From Bugula neritina (Eukaryota; Animalia; Bryozoa): a stretch of 64,000 nt of DNA. Shown here piece after piece: positions 45,494-60,410 of this stretch (positions within the stretch are counted from its first letter, which is position 1; the number at the start of each line of letters is the position of its first letter). A program made the translations under genes and the position numbers. Where the stretch lies: positions 13,526,698 through 13,590,697 of the forward strand of contig OZ037765.1 in assembly GCA_964035545.1 (NCBI GenBank), written 5' to 3'. The notes below the pieces were generated by a model that did no database searches, was not told the DNA's origin, and saw only the letters and a list, made by a program, of their open reading frames with translations.

Positions 45494-48400
45494 CAGCTGG
45501 TCAATCATTCAACACTTTTGATATTACCAACTAGTCTTCCTGTGAGAAACAGCTTTTGAAACTGCTTGTTAAATAAAATGTAAACCGAATATAGACATAT
45601 CCAAAGGTGAAAAATGTGAAGTAACAAAATAGTTCTTCTAAGGAACTCTATATGAAGCTGAAGATTATATTACATTACTTGATTAGTGGTTTATACAGAG
45701 TTACAAATTACTTCAGTGATTAGTCTATCCATTTTTTCCATCAGTTGCAATGCTGTAACATTGCAGTAGCGATTTTAAACTATTATGCAGTTATGACTTT
45801 TTTAGTGTGCACAATTGTTTGTGCATTGATATTTCTATGTATAAGGGGTATGACAATCTCAACTTTTATATCAGCCAAATTTCTTTAAAGCTGCTACAGC
45901 GCTTATCAAATTTAACAATCAGGTACATTTTAGTGGTGTTTATATATTTTTTGTATTGCCATGCAATTATAATTAAGCTTTTATGTATTATATAAGTTAT
46001 GCATAGTAAAATGTTTGTATTATAAAATTTATCTTTATTAATAATTAGTGTAGTGTGTAAGCTTTTAGTGATGGAGTGGTTATCAATTTTCTACAGGCTA
46101 CAATAATTTATAAGGATCTGTAATATTTGATATTATACACACTACAAATAGTTATTTATTCCGCCTCATAGTGTTTAGAAAGTATCTCAGTTTATTGTGT
46201 TGGTGCTTACAGCATAAATTATTCCATTGAAAATAAAAACTCTGCCACCGTAAAGCTCAACAGACAAGATGGACTTATTATTCTCATAACAAAATATATT
46301 TCAAGTGATAGGAATTAATAATAGCAATAATTGATAATACCAGTTTTCTAAATGTGGAAAGAACTTGTTTCACCAAAGTTTGATAATCTACGATGAAGTT
46401 TGCAGAAAGCTGGAAAGATTTTAGTGACTGCCATATTAAGCGAAACTTTCTTAATGTTCATAGATGAAATTAGCAATTCACTGTAGCCATTGTTATCTAT
46501 TCCCATTCATGGGCAAAGGCCCTGACTCCAAATTTTCATTGATCTCATTGATGCTACTAAATGTTAGCAAACATTGGCTCTTCAAAAAGTAAACAGAAGT
46601 GCTTGGAGCAGGGAGAACTGCCCATCAAGTCTTTTCAAAAGTCTGAAGAAGGTAAAAGCAGTTGGATGTAATTTGACCAGCAATAACAGAAGAAGCCATC
46701 CATCCATCAACTCAGTTTTTATTCAGTCTATTATTTGTGATGAAGCTAAAATGAATAGGCATTCATGTAATCTTTAGGGCCAGTATCGATCAGGCACTTG
46801 TCACAGGTCATAACTAACAATCAAATCAATACAGAGGCGCTACCTTAGCAAAAAGTCAACTCTGTTTTCGTGAGAAATTTATTTAATGGACTGAAAATTG
46901 GAAAAGCAGTATTAAAAGATTTTATGGTTCATGAGTAAAATGCTAGACAAAACAATATGTCTAAATGTGCATGAAAAATAAGTAATGAGGATGGGGAAGA
47001 TTGTGTTAGGTGTTGCACCATTTGCATTGTTTCTATAGTATTTCCCAGTCTATTTAAAGCTATTATTGAAATTTCTATCTCTATAGTCAAGTTATATGAA
47101 ATTTGTAAATTTTGACTGCTTATTATATATGCAATGCCAAATTTTGGCATTTGAACTGTTATTCTGTCAACATAAAAGAGTAATGCGATGGGTTTATGCT
47201 AATTTTATTCAGCCGTTCATTATGTTCAATGTTAAATATATCATCATCTAAAAATACATACCTATATTCAGATTATTACAAGCTTGAACAAAAATATTTA
47301 TTACATCAGCTGCTATTGGTTAAATCTTGTTATCTTTTACACACTAAATTGTTGAAAAAACTTTTTGGAAATATTTCATCAACAAAACTAAATTCTATGT
47401 GCATGCCATGATTAGCCATGTAGTGCTACAATGAAAGAGCATCACTTTGAAAGCAGAAACTAAAGAATTGAGTGCATGGAGGGAAAGATGACAATTTTCA
47501 AATGAAAGCTGTGAATAGAAGTAAAGAGATTGCTGAGAAAATACTTCTAGATACACTAATGAGTTTGCACAGTAAAAACTTGTTACAAGCAATATTCACA
47601 TCTGACTAATCCTATAGAAACCTTTACCATTCATCCACTGTCTTTCATTTGAACAGTATAATTGACTATGAACTAGTATAAAGAAATTTACAGCTATATC
47701 AAACACTACTACACTAGCAAAAAGGTAACACTATTGAAATAGTAAAAAATAAATGGTGTGCTCAGTTCAAAGCTGAACAATAAAACACAAAAGTGGGATA
47801 ATTACTTGAATGCGAGTCTGAAAAGCTTACTTTTTAAGAGCTGGAGTTCTGCAAAAGAACAAACAAATGTATGAAAAGATGTTATTGTGACTTGTTTAGC
47901 ACATACCCTAGCTTAATCAGTTCTTTTTGGGCATTTGCACTCAAAGAATAGATCAATTAAAATGTGAACATAGAAAACCTGATCACTCCATGTAGAATTT
48001 AAAACAGGTAGCTCAGCTATTGTCCAGTAATTAATGTACCGTAAAATTAAAGAATGATTCAGAAAGGGCAAGTTTCTTCTACATTTACTTAGACCAATAC
48101 AGTTCAACTAACTACACTCTCCTATAGCCTATTCTAGTCGTGTGCTCCTTCACCAAAATAAACATTTAATATCAAAGTTTTGTTTTCTCAAGCAATATTG
48201 ATAATTTACAGCAATTAAAACAGTTTATGCATTGTAAATGTTTTACTCAGAAATTAATAATAATAAATCAGCAGCACAAATAAGCAACCATGCTTGTTAC
48301 AATAACAAATTACTGCATAGGCTACAGTAGTAACCCAGTCAGCATAATGGAGATTTTAGGTTGGCATAGAAAAGTTTATTATTGTTTGATTGATTGTGTT

Positions 48401-51400
48401 GATCAGTCAGAAGCTAATGTATTTATAACAAGAATCAAAAGTATGTTCAATTTTTCTGGTCCACTACCACTTTTTGCTTTATACTACCATATTACTTCGA
48501 AACCCATTTTGTTTTTATTGAACATTTTGCTGTTACAATAACTACTTTAGTTTATCAGATTATTTAGATAGTAATACAAACAAAGTAAACTAAAATTATT
48601 TAGATCTCGTTTATTACTGCATGTCAGAAACTGCAGCATAAAGGTTATTATGGGTTTAATTAGAAAACACAGCGGGAAGTGCATAACAAGTCAGCACTAG
48701 TTTATGAATTCGCTGCCGCTCAAAATAAGCCAAATGAGACTAATTATTGCTAAAATTTGCACTATATGGCATTTGATTGAATATGTATAAAATATACTGG
48801 CACATGAGCAATTTCATGCAATAATCTGGGCAGATACATATTTATGCAACATGACAAGAGTGGTTTGAGTTTTCTGAGAAATGCTGATTTTTGCTAGTTC
48901 TCACCTCTCTGGTCTATATAATATGAAGTCGCGTGATGTGGTGTAACAATCACGTTATTACCTCATATAACATTAGAGAGCATCCAATAGCCTGAAATAC
49001 TAGCCTTCTGGTGGAGCAGAATACAGCAGTTACTGAAAAAGTTGCTGCTAATTATTTTGAAATTATTTCTCTTTTATTACATAATAATGATATTGCAAGC
49101 TGTAATTTATTACCTCTTATCAAGAATTTAAATCAACAATGATGAGTTTGAAATTATGAGAACAAGACAAGAGACAGATGGATGAGATGAAAGTTTGCGG
49201 CTGTTGAAATGTAAGGGAACCATTGGCTGCTGGGTGATAATAGATATCTTATACACACAAGTATCTGGCAGATTAATTAGTGGTGTAGAGTGTGAGGTTG
49301 GTTGAGATCTACAGGTGTACCAGTAATTACTCACCACACTGCTTATTAGATTAGCTTTTCACAGTCTCACAAATTATCTCTCAAATTTCTGTCACTCTAC
49401 AAAAACTCTCAACCAATCATTTGATAGGCCAAGAAGATATTTTGCACTAACTCATTTAATAAAAAACTGGTGGGGTGTCAAAAATAAATTGAGGGTTATA
49501 TTATTTGCATGCTAAACTCTCTCCAATAACTACAATACTAACTCATCTTGTCTTAGGACTATTGGCATTTGCTATACATTGTCTTGTATCATTGTTGACA
49601 GCCAGTAAGTGCTCTGAGCATCTTACAAACTCTATAAGTGTGATTATTTAAATTTATCAGCCTATGATTATATATGGATACTCTTCTTATTCTTAAGCAT
49701 AGTCTTTTTGTGGCTATGCTCTATGGAGGGTGGCTATAACTAGTTATCTACAACTGTAGGACCATGATGCACGGGTCTATATACAGCTGTTACAACGTGT
49801 TGGCAATTTTCGACAGCCATGCAATTAGAATAAACAGATGAAACTCTTGCTGCTAATTATGTAACACCTTAAGTTTCAAATGCGGTACAGATATGCCTGG
49901 CACAGTAAAAGCTAGCTGGCCACAAGAGAAGAAAAGTCATTCTTTGATGCATCTGCTTTGGACTAAATTTTAAGGTTTATTTAAATAATTTTACTCAGTT
50001 TAAAAATTATTGAGAGTAGTGCTTTTGTGAAGAAACTCCAAGTGTTATTTTGAGTATTGCTAATAAACAGATACAAATCTAAATGTCATATAGAAGTTAC
50101 CGAAAAGTTACTTAAACATTTCTGAACATAAGAACATGTAATTAATCAAATTTGATCTAATGCAGTACAATCCATGGACAGCAACATAAATTGTTTTCTG
50201 ATAGCATTGAAAAAATGTCACATATAAATACTAATGTACTTGTATATGGTGCAACACATTTTTCGTCTTTCCTATAATGTTATAGGTTAAATTTCTTGAA
50301 AACTTGCAAAAAAGTCAACGAATCTATAAAATATTTTAATTCAAAGTAAAACAATGCAATACTTTTTACAAATTCATATTGAAAAATTTGCAAAGCTTTA
50401 ATATGAAACCAAGTTAAACATTAGGTACTAGAAGTTACGAATAACAAAATAACCACATATAATTTGTGTAGGTTATTTATCAAAAATAATATTGTACATT
50501 ATATTAGTTCTAGTATGGCTTCACAACTATAGTTGAAAAATGCTAAAATATAATTAATATTAAGTAACATTCATAATTATCATGTTTTATATTTCATAAT
50601 TGGATATACTAAAATAAGTGTACAGGGGTTATACCGAGAAACTTGTACACATGAAACTGTGTAGTTGACATCAAATGTGTTAAAAATCCACCATAAATTG
50701 TGATAGATATGCTGCAGTATTTTTTATTATTTATACTTTCAATAAAAAAATATCTCAAGAATGCATTATGGAATATCAATTTTGTTGCATGTAAGTAGGT
50801 GATTTGCTAAACTAAAAGAGTGTGCTTTAGGCCAGTGGCCTACACTATTATAGGCAGCATAAGGACATTCAGGAAAATATCAACAGACTGAGATAAAAAT
50901 AGCTGTGACCAAAAGTCTCTTCATTCTTTCTGTCTAAAAGCCAAAAGGCAAACCAAAGGATGTAGCCATGCTGTCAGTGAAGTTCTGTTTGTTGTTATTG
51001 AAGCTTATTTGAGTGGTGAGGAAATCATGGTTTGGCAGTCAGCAACTGCAAAAACTTAAAAGTAATTTGTGGTGAAGTAATGGCTAAACTACCTTTGGTT
51101 ATGTTGACATAATGGCTATTACCATGAGGCACTCTTATTACCTAATATTAGGTATGCTGGTGGTAGCTGCAGCCATAATGACTGCCATGGCGCCTTTTAG
51201 TATTCCCATATTTCCTGCAGTGACATTTGATAACACTTAAAAATTTGACCTGCAACCCTGGAATCACCAACTGGTGGTGCAAACTCCCTCAAATGACGAA
51301 TCTCCATACCATCAACATTATTATTAAACCATCATGAGAATAAAAGTGGTGACTTTATTTTAGCAGATCTTGACTGGGTTTTGGAAAAATAGGTGTTTGG

Positions 51401-53219
51401 CCTAGAATATCAGAATACAGAATTATGGTGCTATACTTTGCTACAAAATTTAGAGTTTTTTTCAATTAAAAAATTTAGGATAACCATTTATGATGCACAA
51501 TTTTTGACATTTTGTCATTTTAGTTAAAACATCAAAGTATTATTTAAATGGCATTGCATGCACTACAAAGTCAAAACTTTCTGTTATAAGCCTAAAATAT
51601 AACTATAATATAGAAATTATATATTTTTACCACAATTGTGACATTTTTAGTGTGCAAAAGTATACTAGGACTATGAACTATTTCCAATGTTAAATATGAC
51701 CAGATTTCTTTTCAACAACGCCTGTTGGTGATGCAATAAGCCAGTCTTGGAGTAAAAGTAAATAAAGATAAAACTGAAATTAAAATTTTTATAATCTAAT
51801 GTGACTATCGTATACAAAAAATTTGTAATTTTAGGCTATTTCACAGCTGCAAAAATTATCATCCCTTTTTTGTATATTATGAGGTAAATTCAATTATTAT
51901 GGAGAACAAAGAAGCACTTTTTTAAATTGGGGGTAGATTTTTTATAGCTTAACATAGCTCTTTAGTTTGTTAACTTCCTACTCTTCTAATTTTTACAAAT
52001 AAATTTTACAAATATTTAGAAGTTGAGTTCAATATGTGCAACTATGGTTTATTGTAGTATTATCTTCTTTATTGGATTTATGAATTCTTAAGGTGTGGGA
52101 GTTGTGAACCCAAGTTTGAAAACTGTAAGCAAGTATTCTTGCAGCATTTCCTTACAAATTGAATTTTGAAAACTTTTGGTTGCTAGTTTCAATGAAGTTA
52201 TAACATTTTGGCTAAAAAAATTTATAATATTCAACATGATGCAAAATTTAATGACTCTGTATATTAACGTATCTGTAATGATTATCTACTAATTACCTAT
52301 AATAATTTTTCATAGGCATGTAGAATAACCAGTAGGCTACTGCGTGGGACCAACATTAAATGCAACTATGCAGTAAGACAAATTATATATGATAATACAA
52401 TGGCTTTATTGACAAAATATGACATTCATGAAGTATGATAGAGGCAAAGCCTCAGCAGAACACCAAAAAGCACATATCAAAGAAAAGGTAACTCCAAAAA
52501 TAAAAACCACACAAACCTCTGTTTTATGGTTATAAGGTTTATAATACATCATACAAGTGTTATTTAGACCAACAGCCAAATACTTTAAAAACCCTATTTT
52601 TTACCCTTTTTGCTATACTTGCTTGAGTTCAGCAAGGTAACCAATATGTGAGAAAATTTTAGCACTTATGATCTAGGCACATACCATGAGCTAGAATTAA
52701 GAATGGAATGGAAAAACTGTATTATACTGGTGTGTAAATGATTTGGTTACACAAAGAACTTTTACAAGCAGACTGCATGTACAGCAACAATGAAAGACAC
52801 ACATTTAACAAAAAAGACACAGGTGAGACGAGCACTTTATAATTAGAATTTTAAGTCAATAAAGCAACCTGGTTCATTGTATTATTACAAAATGATGTTT
52901 CACATTGTTGAAGCACATTTACAACTTGTTTGCCTACAAATGCTGATCAATGGGAAAATAGAGCATGTGTTACTGTAACTGTATCTCCATTATAGAGTGC
53001 AGTTTGCATTGAAGATTTTATCTTTCAGCTCCAACAATGCTTATTGACTTTTAACAAAAAGAAAATAAAATTAACATGTCTAAAGTAATTATAGGCCATG
53101 TAAAAATTAGTCAAGACAATAAAATTGTTGATGTATTATGTTGAACGAATAAATATTTTTTTAAAACATGTACGGATAGTATATTTATGATATAAATCAG
53201 AGTTCAATGTAGAGAATAT

Positions 53220-56200
53220 CTAGTTGACTGCAGGGGGTGCAGGAGGTCCTCTGCTCCCACCATTCTACAAGTAACACATTCTCATTACAAACAATATATA
53301 CAAAATTGGCAGGACTTAATTTGTTGGTGCAAATCTACAAATGCACAGGGTACCAATAAACTCTCTAGTCCTTCAGAATATAGTCTGAGATATAAACACC
53401 AGGTTGAGAAACTTTTAGATAAAAACTTTACGAATTATACAACGGTTTATCAAAACATGATGTTACAATATCTACAGAACCAGCATGATATAGCAAAGTA
53501 CAGAATATACTAAACTTCCCAGAGATATTTGGTCTACTGAAGACATGACTGGGTTACATAAATTATACGGGTTGAGAGAAGTTTTAACATACATATAGTC
53601 TAGGCAATACAATTAAATTTAGCTGTAAAGAAGCTCAAGTCTACAATGAGCTAATTGACAGACATGTATTCTAACTCTATGCTCTGTCGTCTTTATAACA
53701 TTCGCACTCTCAAATTTACCAATAAGTGATTTCAGTAACAAAATTGGAAAATATATTTGACATCGTGCTCTTTAAATGTCTTTAGGTTTCCTTTGATTAC
53801 CATCAAAACAGTAACTTTATACTTGAATAGAGCGGCAACCAAAATAAATTTCTCAACTATAATGGTGTTTAGGTTTTATTTAAAAAAACTCTCCCCAAAG
53901 AAATAGAGTCGAACCTTACAAAATTTGTTACCTTACAACTTTAGAACTTCTATACTATAATATTGAACTAGATCTAATCTTTCGTATAGAAACACATGGT
54001 GAGTGAATGAAATTTATCTACAGAGAGCATTATTCACTACCAAATTAGGGATCATCGGGATCATGTGCCTAACATTAGAAAAGATAAATTATTATTGAGG
54101 AAATGCAACGTCATAATTAACTTATTAAGGTGACAACTCTAACTTGATAACTTGTAATTTTTGCAATACAAGTGTAGAGCAGCATTAAATACAAATCACT
54201 TATTTTTCGCCAATTTCAGCAGCAGACTTAGTTAGCTAGCGTCTGGTGTGGTCACCTTATTTTCACCATTATATCCTTTCAGTGTTATGAACAACACTAA
54301 ACAGTAAACTCAAATAAAAGTGCCTAAAAACTAATTAGCCAAATTGCATATCAACTTGAAGGAATTTGCTACTAGCTGCCTATAAAATTGTTGACAGCAC
54401 CCCTAGAACAACCCAGGCTTAGCAAGAAAATTGCCGAAATTAGTAATTGCCTGTCATCAGTGTCATAGAGTTACAAAGTCATCACACAGTTATAATAAAT
54501 AATATTAATTAATGAGCCATGACTTTAGTGAACTCCAAATGGGTTAATAAAACAATTTCAACACATGCATTATAGCAAACATAACGAAGCCAGTATCATG
54601 ATAGTGCTAGTATTCGTATACATACATTGCCCTGGTGTCCTTTAGCATCAGTTTGCTGCCTCATGGAGGCTGGTCGAAACAGAAAGAGAACGGCAGCAAT
54701 GAGCAACCAGGCCACCATAATCATCATAAGCGTAGAGTTGGAGCCATCTGTGGCAGCATCAGGCTGTAATCCCAACGCTAAACACAAATCAACATAACCG
54801 ATCTTCAAACATATTATACAGGATTTTGCTATGGGTACAAATATTCTCAATTAAATTCATCTCCATAAACAGACATCTACAGGCAGAAAATCTTGACAGG
54901 ATTTTAATCTTTTTCAGGGAAAATGTCAGGGGAATACAATTCTTATAAGGAATTTTATTAGCAGTCAATTTGGGTACTTCAAGTGATTTTGAAAAAACCA
55001 CAAGTTTGTAAAAAGTTTCAACTTGTACAAATTACACTAAAACATACAGCATTAAGCACTTTAAGTTTGCTAACCTCAGCAAAATTACTGCTGCATATAA
55101 AATAGTACTGTGTTGCTATAACCAAAAACATTTAGTACTATTTTAAATTGCTTTGCTCAACATTGGCGTAAAATGGTAGTGAAAATTTAGAGTTAGTAGT
55201 GGCATATAGTTTAGTGTAAAAGAAAAGTGCATTAGAATTAGAGAGCTAGTACATAAAATTGCATAACCATACATAATTGCCAAATTTGGGTTCCCTGTTG
55301 CTGATAACACACCATAATTGTGAATTTTTCACATAACCGAAAGACTTAACTTGCCCTTTCTAAACCTCCATAAGTTTACAATAATTTTAATGGCTTGGGC
55401 AAGCGCTTTCTACCAGCTCTAAGGCATAACAGGGTACTATGTACTCAAAGTGTACTGCAACATTCTATCTACAGTTACCAGCTGTTGCCAGGCTAATAAA
55501 ACTTAAATAACTTACGGCTGGTGAGACACTCATTATCTGTGCAGGCATCCTGGGAATTTCGCAGCTGTTGAAGTAGTATAAAACATTTTATATTAGTTTA
55601 TTATTAGCAATGTTTAAATAAACTTATATAATCAAATTACAATTTCTTGTTTTAAAAAAATAAAAAAAATATAAAAGTCAACAGAACTTTAGGGTAAATT
55701 TCAGCTACACTGAAACATGGAATACTGGCTATTTTAATAACCAGTCTTTCATTGTAAAATTCATACAATACATAAAAAAATGCAGCAATTTACAAGTACA
55801 TGTTTGAGTACGTAGTAATAATCCCTTTTAATAGCAACATTATTTACCACTGCTTTATTTCTCAAACTTTCAGGAGCTCACCAAAACAATTGAGCATTCA
55901 GGTCTCGAGATATGTGCAGAAAGAGAAAAATTTCAATAGCTTAGGTTTTTTAAATGTCTGCGTTTTGATTTAAGGTGAAAGTTGAAATTAAGAACACAAC
56001 TTCTTTCAACATATTTTTCATCTATAGGCTAGACTTTTCCAGAATTTTCATTACTGCACTTATTTCAGTTTTCTGAACTTCAAATTGAAATTACTATTCA
56101 TTTCAAATTGGGAAACAGAAGAATGTGAGTTTAGCTTCACCTTGAGAACGAGCATATCAATTTAGATCACAATAAAAAATTGCAAAAATAACCCCTAAAT

Positions 56201-56374
56201 AACTGTAACCCGCAACTACTTGTTTAAATTTCTCATGAAATTTAAGGCTAATTACTAATATTAATAAGATATATAGTGGTATGATATATTTAAGCGTTTA
56301 CTTACCATATTTATCAGCCTCCGCATGGCATGTTCATGACTCCACACACATTCACATGGATCTAAGTCACTCAT
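53220..56374 (-). CDS. SMIM14: Small integral membrane protein 14, 104 aa, four coding exons
   Basis: Exons 56374-56306, 55564-55516, 54777-54626, 53264-53220: MSDLDPCECVWSHEHAMRRLINM|LRNSQDACTDNECLTSP|LGLQPDAATDGSNSTLMMIMVAWLLIAAVLFLFRPASMRQQTDAKGHQGN|NGGSRGPPAPPAVN*. Shows the DPCEC-x2-SHEHAMRRLI signature and a single transmembrane helix. Candidate AATAAA at 52410-52405. Confidence 0.96.
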
Positions 56375-58661
56375 TTTCAATACACAGCGAGTTGATACCT
56401 GTACACAGCAGAGTTGGCAATGTCAACATACAAGATGAAGGAACAAGGATATGACTGACTGGAAAATAAAAACTCTTTTTACAATATATGGAATTCAGAA
56501 AAAAGAAAAGAACATTACATAACAACAAATGCATTTCCATTGTGTATATCCACAAGCTATAATTTACACAGACAAAGAAAATAATACAACAAAACAGATT
56601 ACTCTGATAACTAATGCTGTTGGTTCACTTTCCATTAAGAAGAAAGAACTTATTTGAAGAGACTCACTGGTTTGTTTCTAAATGGATAAATTAAACCTAC
56701 ATTTATCCTGATAAATGAGCCATAGCATAACTAAGCCATTCCTGCTGGCATTGAAATGCTACTAGTAACAACTGGTTATTAGCTATGCTACGTGTATTTT
56801 ACTGATAGGCTAAACTGCTATACATATAATTATTACAGAAAATATTACGTGTCGCTAACATCTATTATTATTGTGTTAGCAACCACAGTTAATATTTAAT
56901 AATGCAGCAGTTGAAGCTTTGTATGGCATTGTTATTTTAGTTAACTCAATAAACAGCAGACAATTTATGGCCATATTTCAGTAGCATAGTAAAAGATGCA
57001 CAAAAATGTGATTATTTTTAAAGGCATAGCAGATAGATGTTGGCAGATGGTGATTCAAGTTGATAAATACATAATTATCGTTATGGGAACTTTTTGTATC
57101 TTTGAGTGTAATCATAATGCAAATATAAAACTAAAAACATAACATGAAATTTATTTTGTTTATTTCAGTTTTAAGTTCAAATTTATCAGCACCAATATGA
57201 ATATTTACATTAAGCAGTTATCTAATCACAGAAAATGTTAATTATATAATTTAATCAATAATATTGGCTAGGATATCAAAATGAATTTGAGTTGAGTTTG
57301 CTTGGCCATAGCAAAATGCAATAGTAATTATTCAATAATATATGACGAGCTAAAATAATTTTAAACCTAAATACAATATTGCATTTTCAACCCACAAACC
57401 CAACAACACATAAAAAGGCATCTTTAAGAGGTCTAAAGTCTAAACAACAACACAAACAACAACACAAAAAAGAAACTGAGCTAGATTTGTGAAAACTTAT
57501 TAGATCATTTAGCCTTTGAGAACATCTTTGGCACCTGATTGCAATATCACTGTCATGCTGCTAAAGCTGATAAATTTATCACAAGAATAGGTGAACAAAA
57601 CTATTATAAATATCAATTTCGTTAAGTATGCAGTGTATAATGTGTTCAGGTTGTAGCTAATATACTTTTGCATAATTGCAACCAGTCAGCTATACTTCAA
57701 ATCCTACAGCACTGACAATGATTTAAACATTCTGAAATTATATTATAGTAAGTCGTTTGCATAAACCTCTAGAGATGTATATACTATACAATAAATATAT
57801 CTGTTCTGTACTGACACGTCCAAAACTTGTCTGAGGCAGTAGAGTAGGAAATATGATGAAGTTTTAAATATATTTCATCCAGCCATGTTGATTTTTTTAA
57901 CTGTCCAACAAGTTTGTTAATGCACTCTTGATTTTCTTGACTCAATTTACTACTACATTGTATACATGCTACACCAAATCAGGACATGGCTGTAAACGGT
58001 GACCATTATATACATGCTACTAAGGTGCATTGCTGGTTATATTTTTTAACGTAGATTAAAGCCGAAACTACTTTCAATTTTTATTTTAATTTTTTTGTAT
58101 AACTTTTATAAACATTAAATCTTGTAAGTGCGGAATTGATCAAACATCTTTTAAAAACACAGTATTGATGGAGTTAAATTTGTTCTAATAGTTGTATGCC
58201 CTGTATTTGTTTTATTAGTTGAGGTAATTTGCTAAAAGCTTTAAAAGTTGCGTACTGCCAGTCTACTACTGCTAGGCTGTATCCAATTAAAAACATGCAT
58301 GGCAGTTAGAGGGAAAGTGAACATGATTCAAGGATCAAATATCAACTTAGTAGAACATATCAAATATAAAAGATGGATTTTTACATATATGGTAATTATG
58401 TTGATTGTACCAAACTTAGCATAAATAGATCTAATATAATACTAAACCATTATGATAATTCTTATCTATTATCATACTATAGTTATAAAAAGACTATGTA
58501 TGCCTAGTTGGTTTGAATTTTTATTTTAGTTTAATATTTATATACATCATATTCATTTTGATTTTCACACCTAATTATTTTAATTATTAAACGTTGATGA
58601 TCATGATGTGGTGGAGATACTTATTACCATTATGGTAACAATATCATCTAGTTACTATGTT

Positions 58662-59831
58662 ATAGATTATTCAGACACCACAAATTTTCATTTGTTGGGT
58701 CCGACGAATGCCCAACGAACAATCATCGCACCTCTTTGACACGCCAACTGCAGTAGTAATATATAGTTGCTTAGCAACAGTGCTTTTATTAGTAAAGTTG
58801 TTACTAGCTAAATTTAACCATAGTTGTACGATAACAAATCAACAGTTTTTTGTTAATACAATAATTAAAATCAAATAGGACAAATAGTATATAAATTTAA
58901 ATTATGAGAAATTTTAAATTTATTAGATTAACAAAAGCTGAAATTTATGTTTAACAATAGCTGGACTGCGAAAAGTAAATGAAAATGACACATAAAACTG
59001 ATTGCCATGTTCGTGTTTTTATATCAAACTCAAACTGTTTTTTGTAGCCTTTCACTATTTATTACTTATATTTTTTATTGTCGCTGAATAAAAAAATTAA
59101 ATGCCCTGTTATATAGTATTTTTTTCTATAAAATAACTATTGCTAAGACATTTTTAGCTGAACTAATTATAAAATAAAATAGAATTTGGTAGTGTCTACT
59201 TCAGGTGAAATGATTTAGTAGCATCAATTTTAATTTAACTACATCTTAACTTTTTTTTAAATCACTGCTACTCATTGTACACATCGACTCAGTTGTTTAC
59301 GTGCATCTTTGTATTCAAGATCAGAAAGATCATACTGATACAGTGCAGCTGGTTAAGCTCTGACAATTTCTATAAAAAAACCCACTGTCATGTAAACTGC
59401 TTGAAATAATTTTAAGATGCTGCTGACTAGCAAAATAATATGTTTCCTACAGATAAATTTTTTTAATTAATTATTAATATTACTAAAATGTTGATTATTT
59501 AATTTAGTTACAAACAATGCCGCTTAAGCAACTTGTTTAGCATGCGAATTATATGCTCGCACATTTTGCTTTTTGAAATAAGCCAATGGAGTGCAATCAT
59601 AAAATTTGCCAGCTGAAACCTAGCTGAGTAGGGTTCCAAAGAATTTTTGAAAAGTCGATCACGTGATCCAAAACGAACAAACTCCTCTACTGTCAGACCA
59701 CTAAAAGGACGCGAGTTTGACGCAATACACACATTGGTCTAATCACGTGATCCAAAACGAACAAAATTTGCATTCGTCGAACCATCATGGCCCGCTATTC
59801 GTCCAATTCGTTGATCGTCTGAATAAGCTAT
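58662..59831. mobile_element. Putative non-autonomous DNA transposon (~1.17 kb) with terminal and subterminal inverted repeats
   Basis: ATAGATTATTCAGAC (58662-58676) matches the reverse complement of 59817-59831 (ATAGCTTATTCAGAC) at 14/15. Subterminal inverted pair GGTCCGACGAATGC / GCATTCGTCGAACC. Internal 24-bp direct repeat at 59658 and 59742. Confidence 0.6.
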
Positions 59832-59894
59832 TAGTTGTTTATTTACTTTTAGTATCATCCTTATGACTTGCAGTTGCTCAGTTTTAAATATTGA

Positions 59895-60035
59895 TAGTAC
59901 ACTACTACTACCACTACTAACGCCACTACTATTACTACCACTACTACTAGTATTAGCAGCAGCAGCTGCACCCCTACTACCACTACCTCACCACAACCAC
60001 CACCCCCCACCACTATTAATACTACTAATAGTGTT
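59895..60035. repeat. Degenerate trinucleotide repeat (CTA/CCA/GCA)n
   Basis: actactacta ccactactaa ... gcagcagcag ... ccacaaccac. Confidence 0.85.
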
Positions 60036-60410
60036 AATACTTATTAGCTATTATAGTATTATTGTTTTTGTTGCCTGCATCTAATTATTCAAGATGACTT
60101 CCACTTTCATAAAAAACATACATAATTATAGTAAATATCAATATGATTATTATTAAAACGCTAAATCTTTGCAAGCACTATACTTATACTTATAGTATGA
60201 TACTAATACTATGTATTAGACAGTTATACGCAGCCTTTGATAATGATTAATCACAATAAATATAATGGTGATGATACTAATACTACCACCAATAGCTCTA
60301 GTATTACTATTACTATTACTATTAGACTCAGTAATACATCATTCATTTTCAATCGTATTCCTCAAAATTTGAACTCACATTACCATTTAATTTTTATTTC
60401 AAAATTAGTT

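Noticed and set aside
59863-60084. Leu/His/Pro-rich ORF
   Set aside because: Translation of a degenerate trinucleotide repeat.
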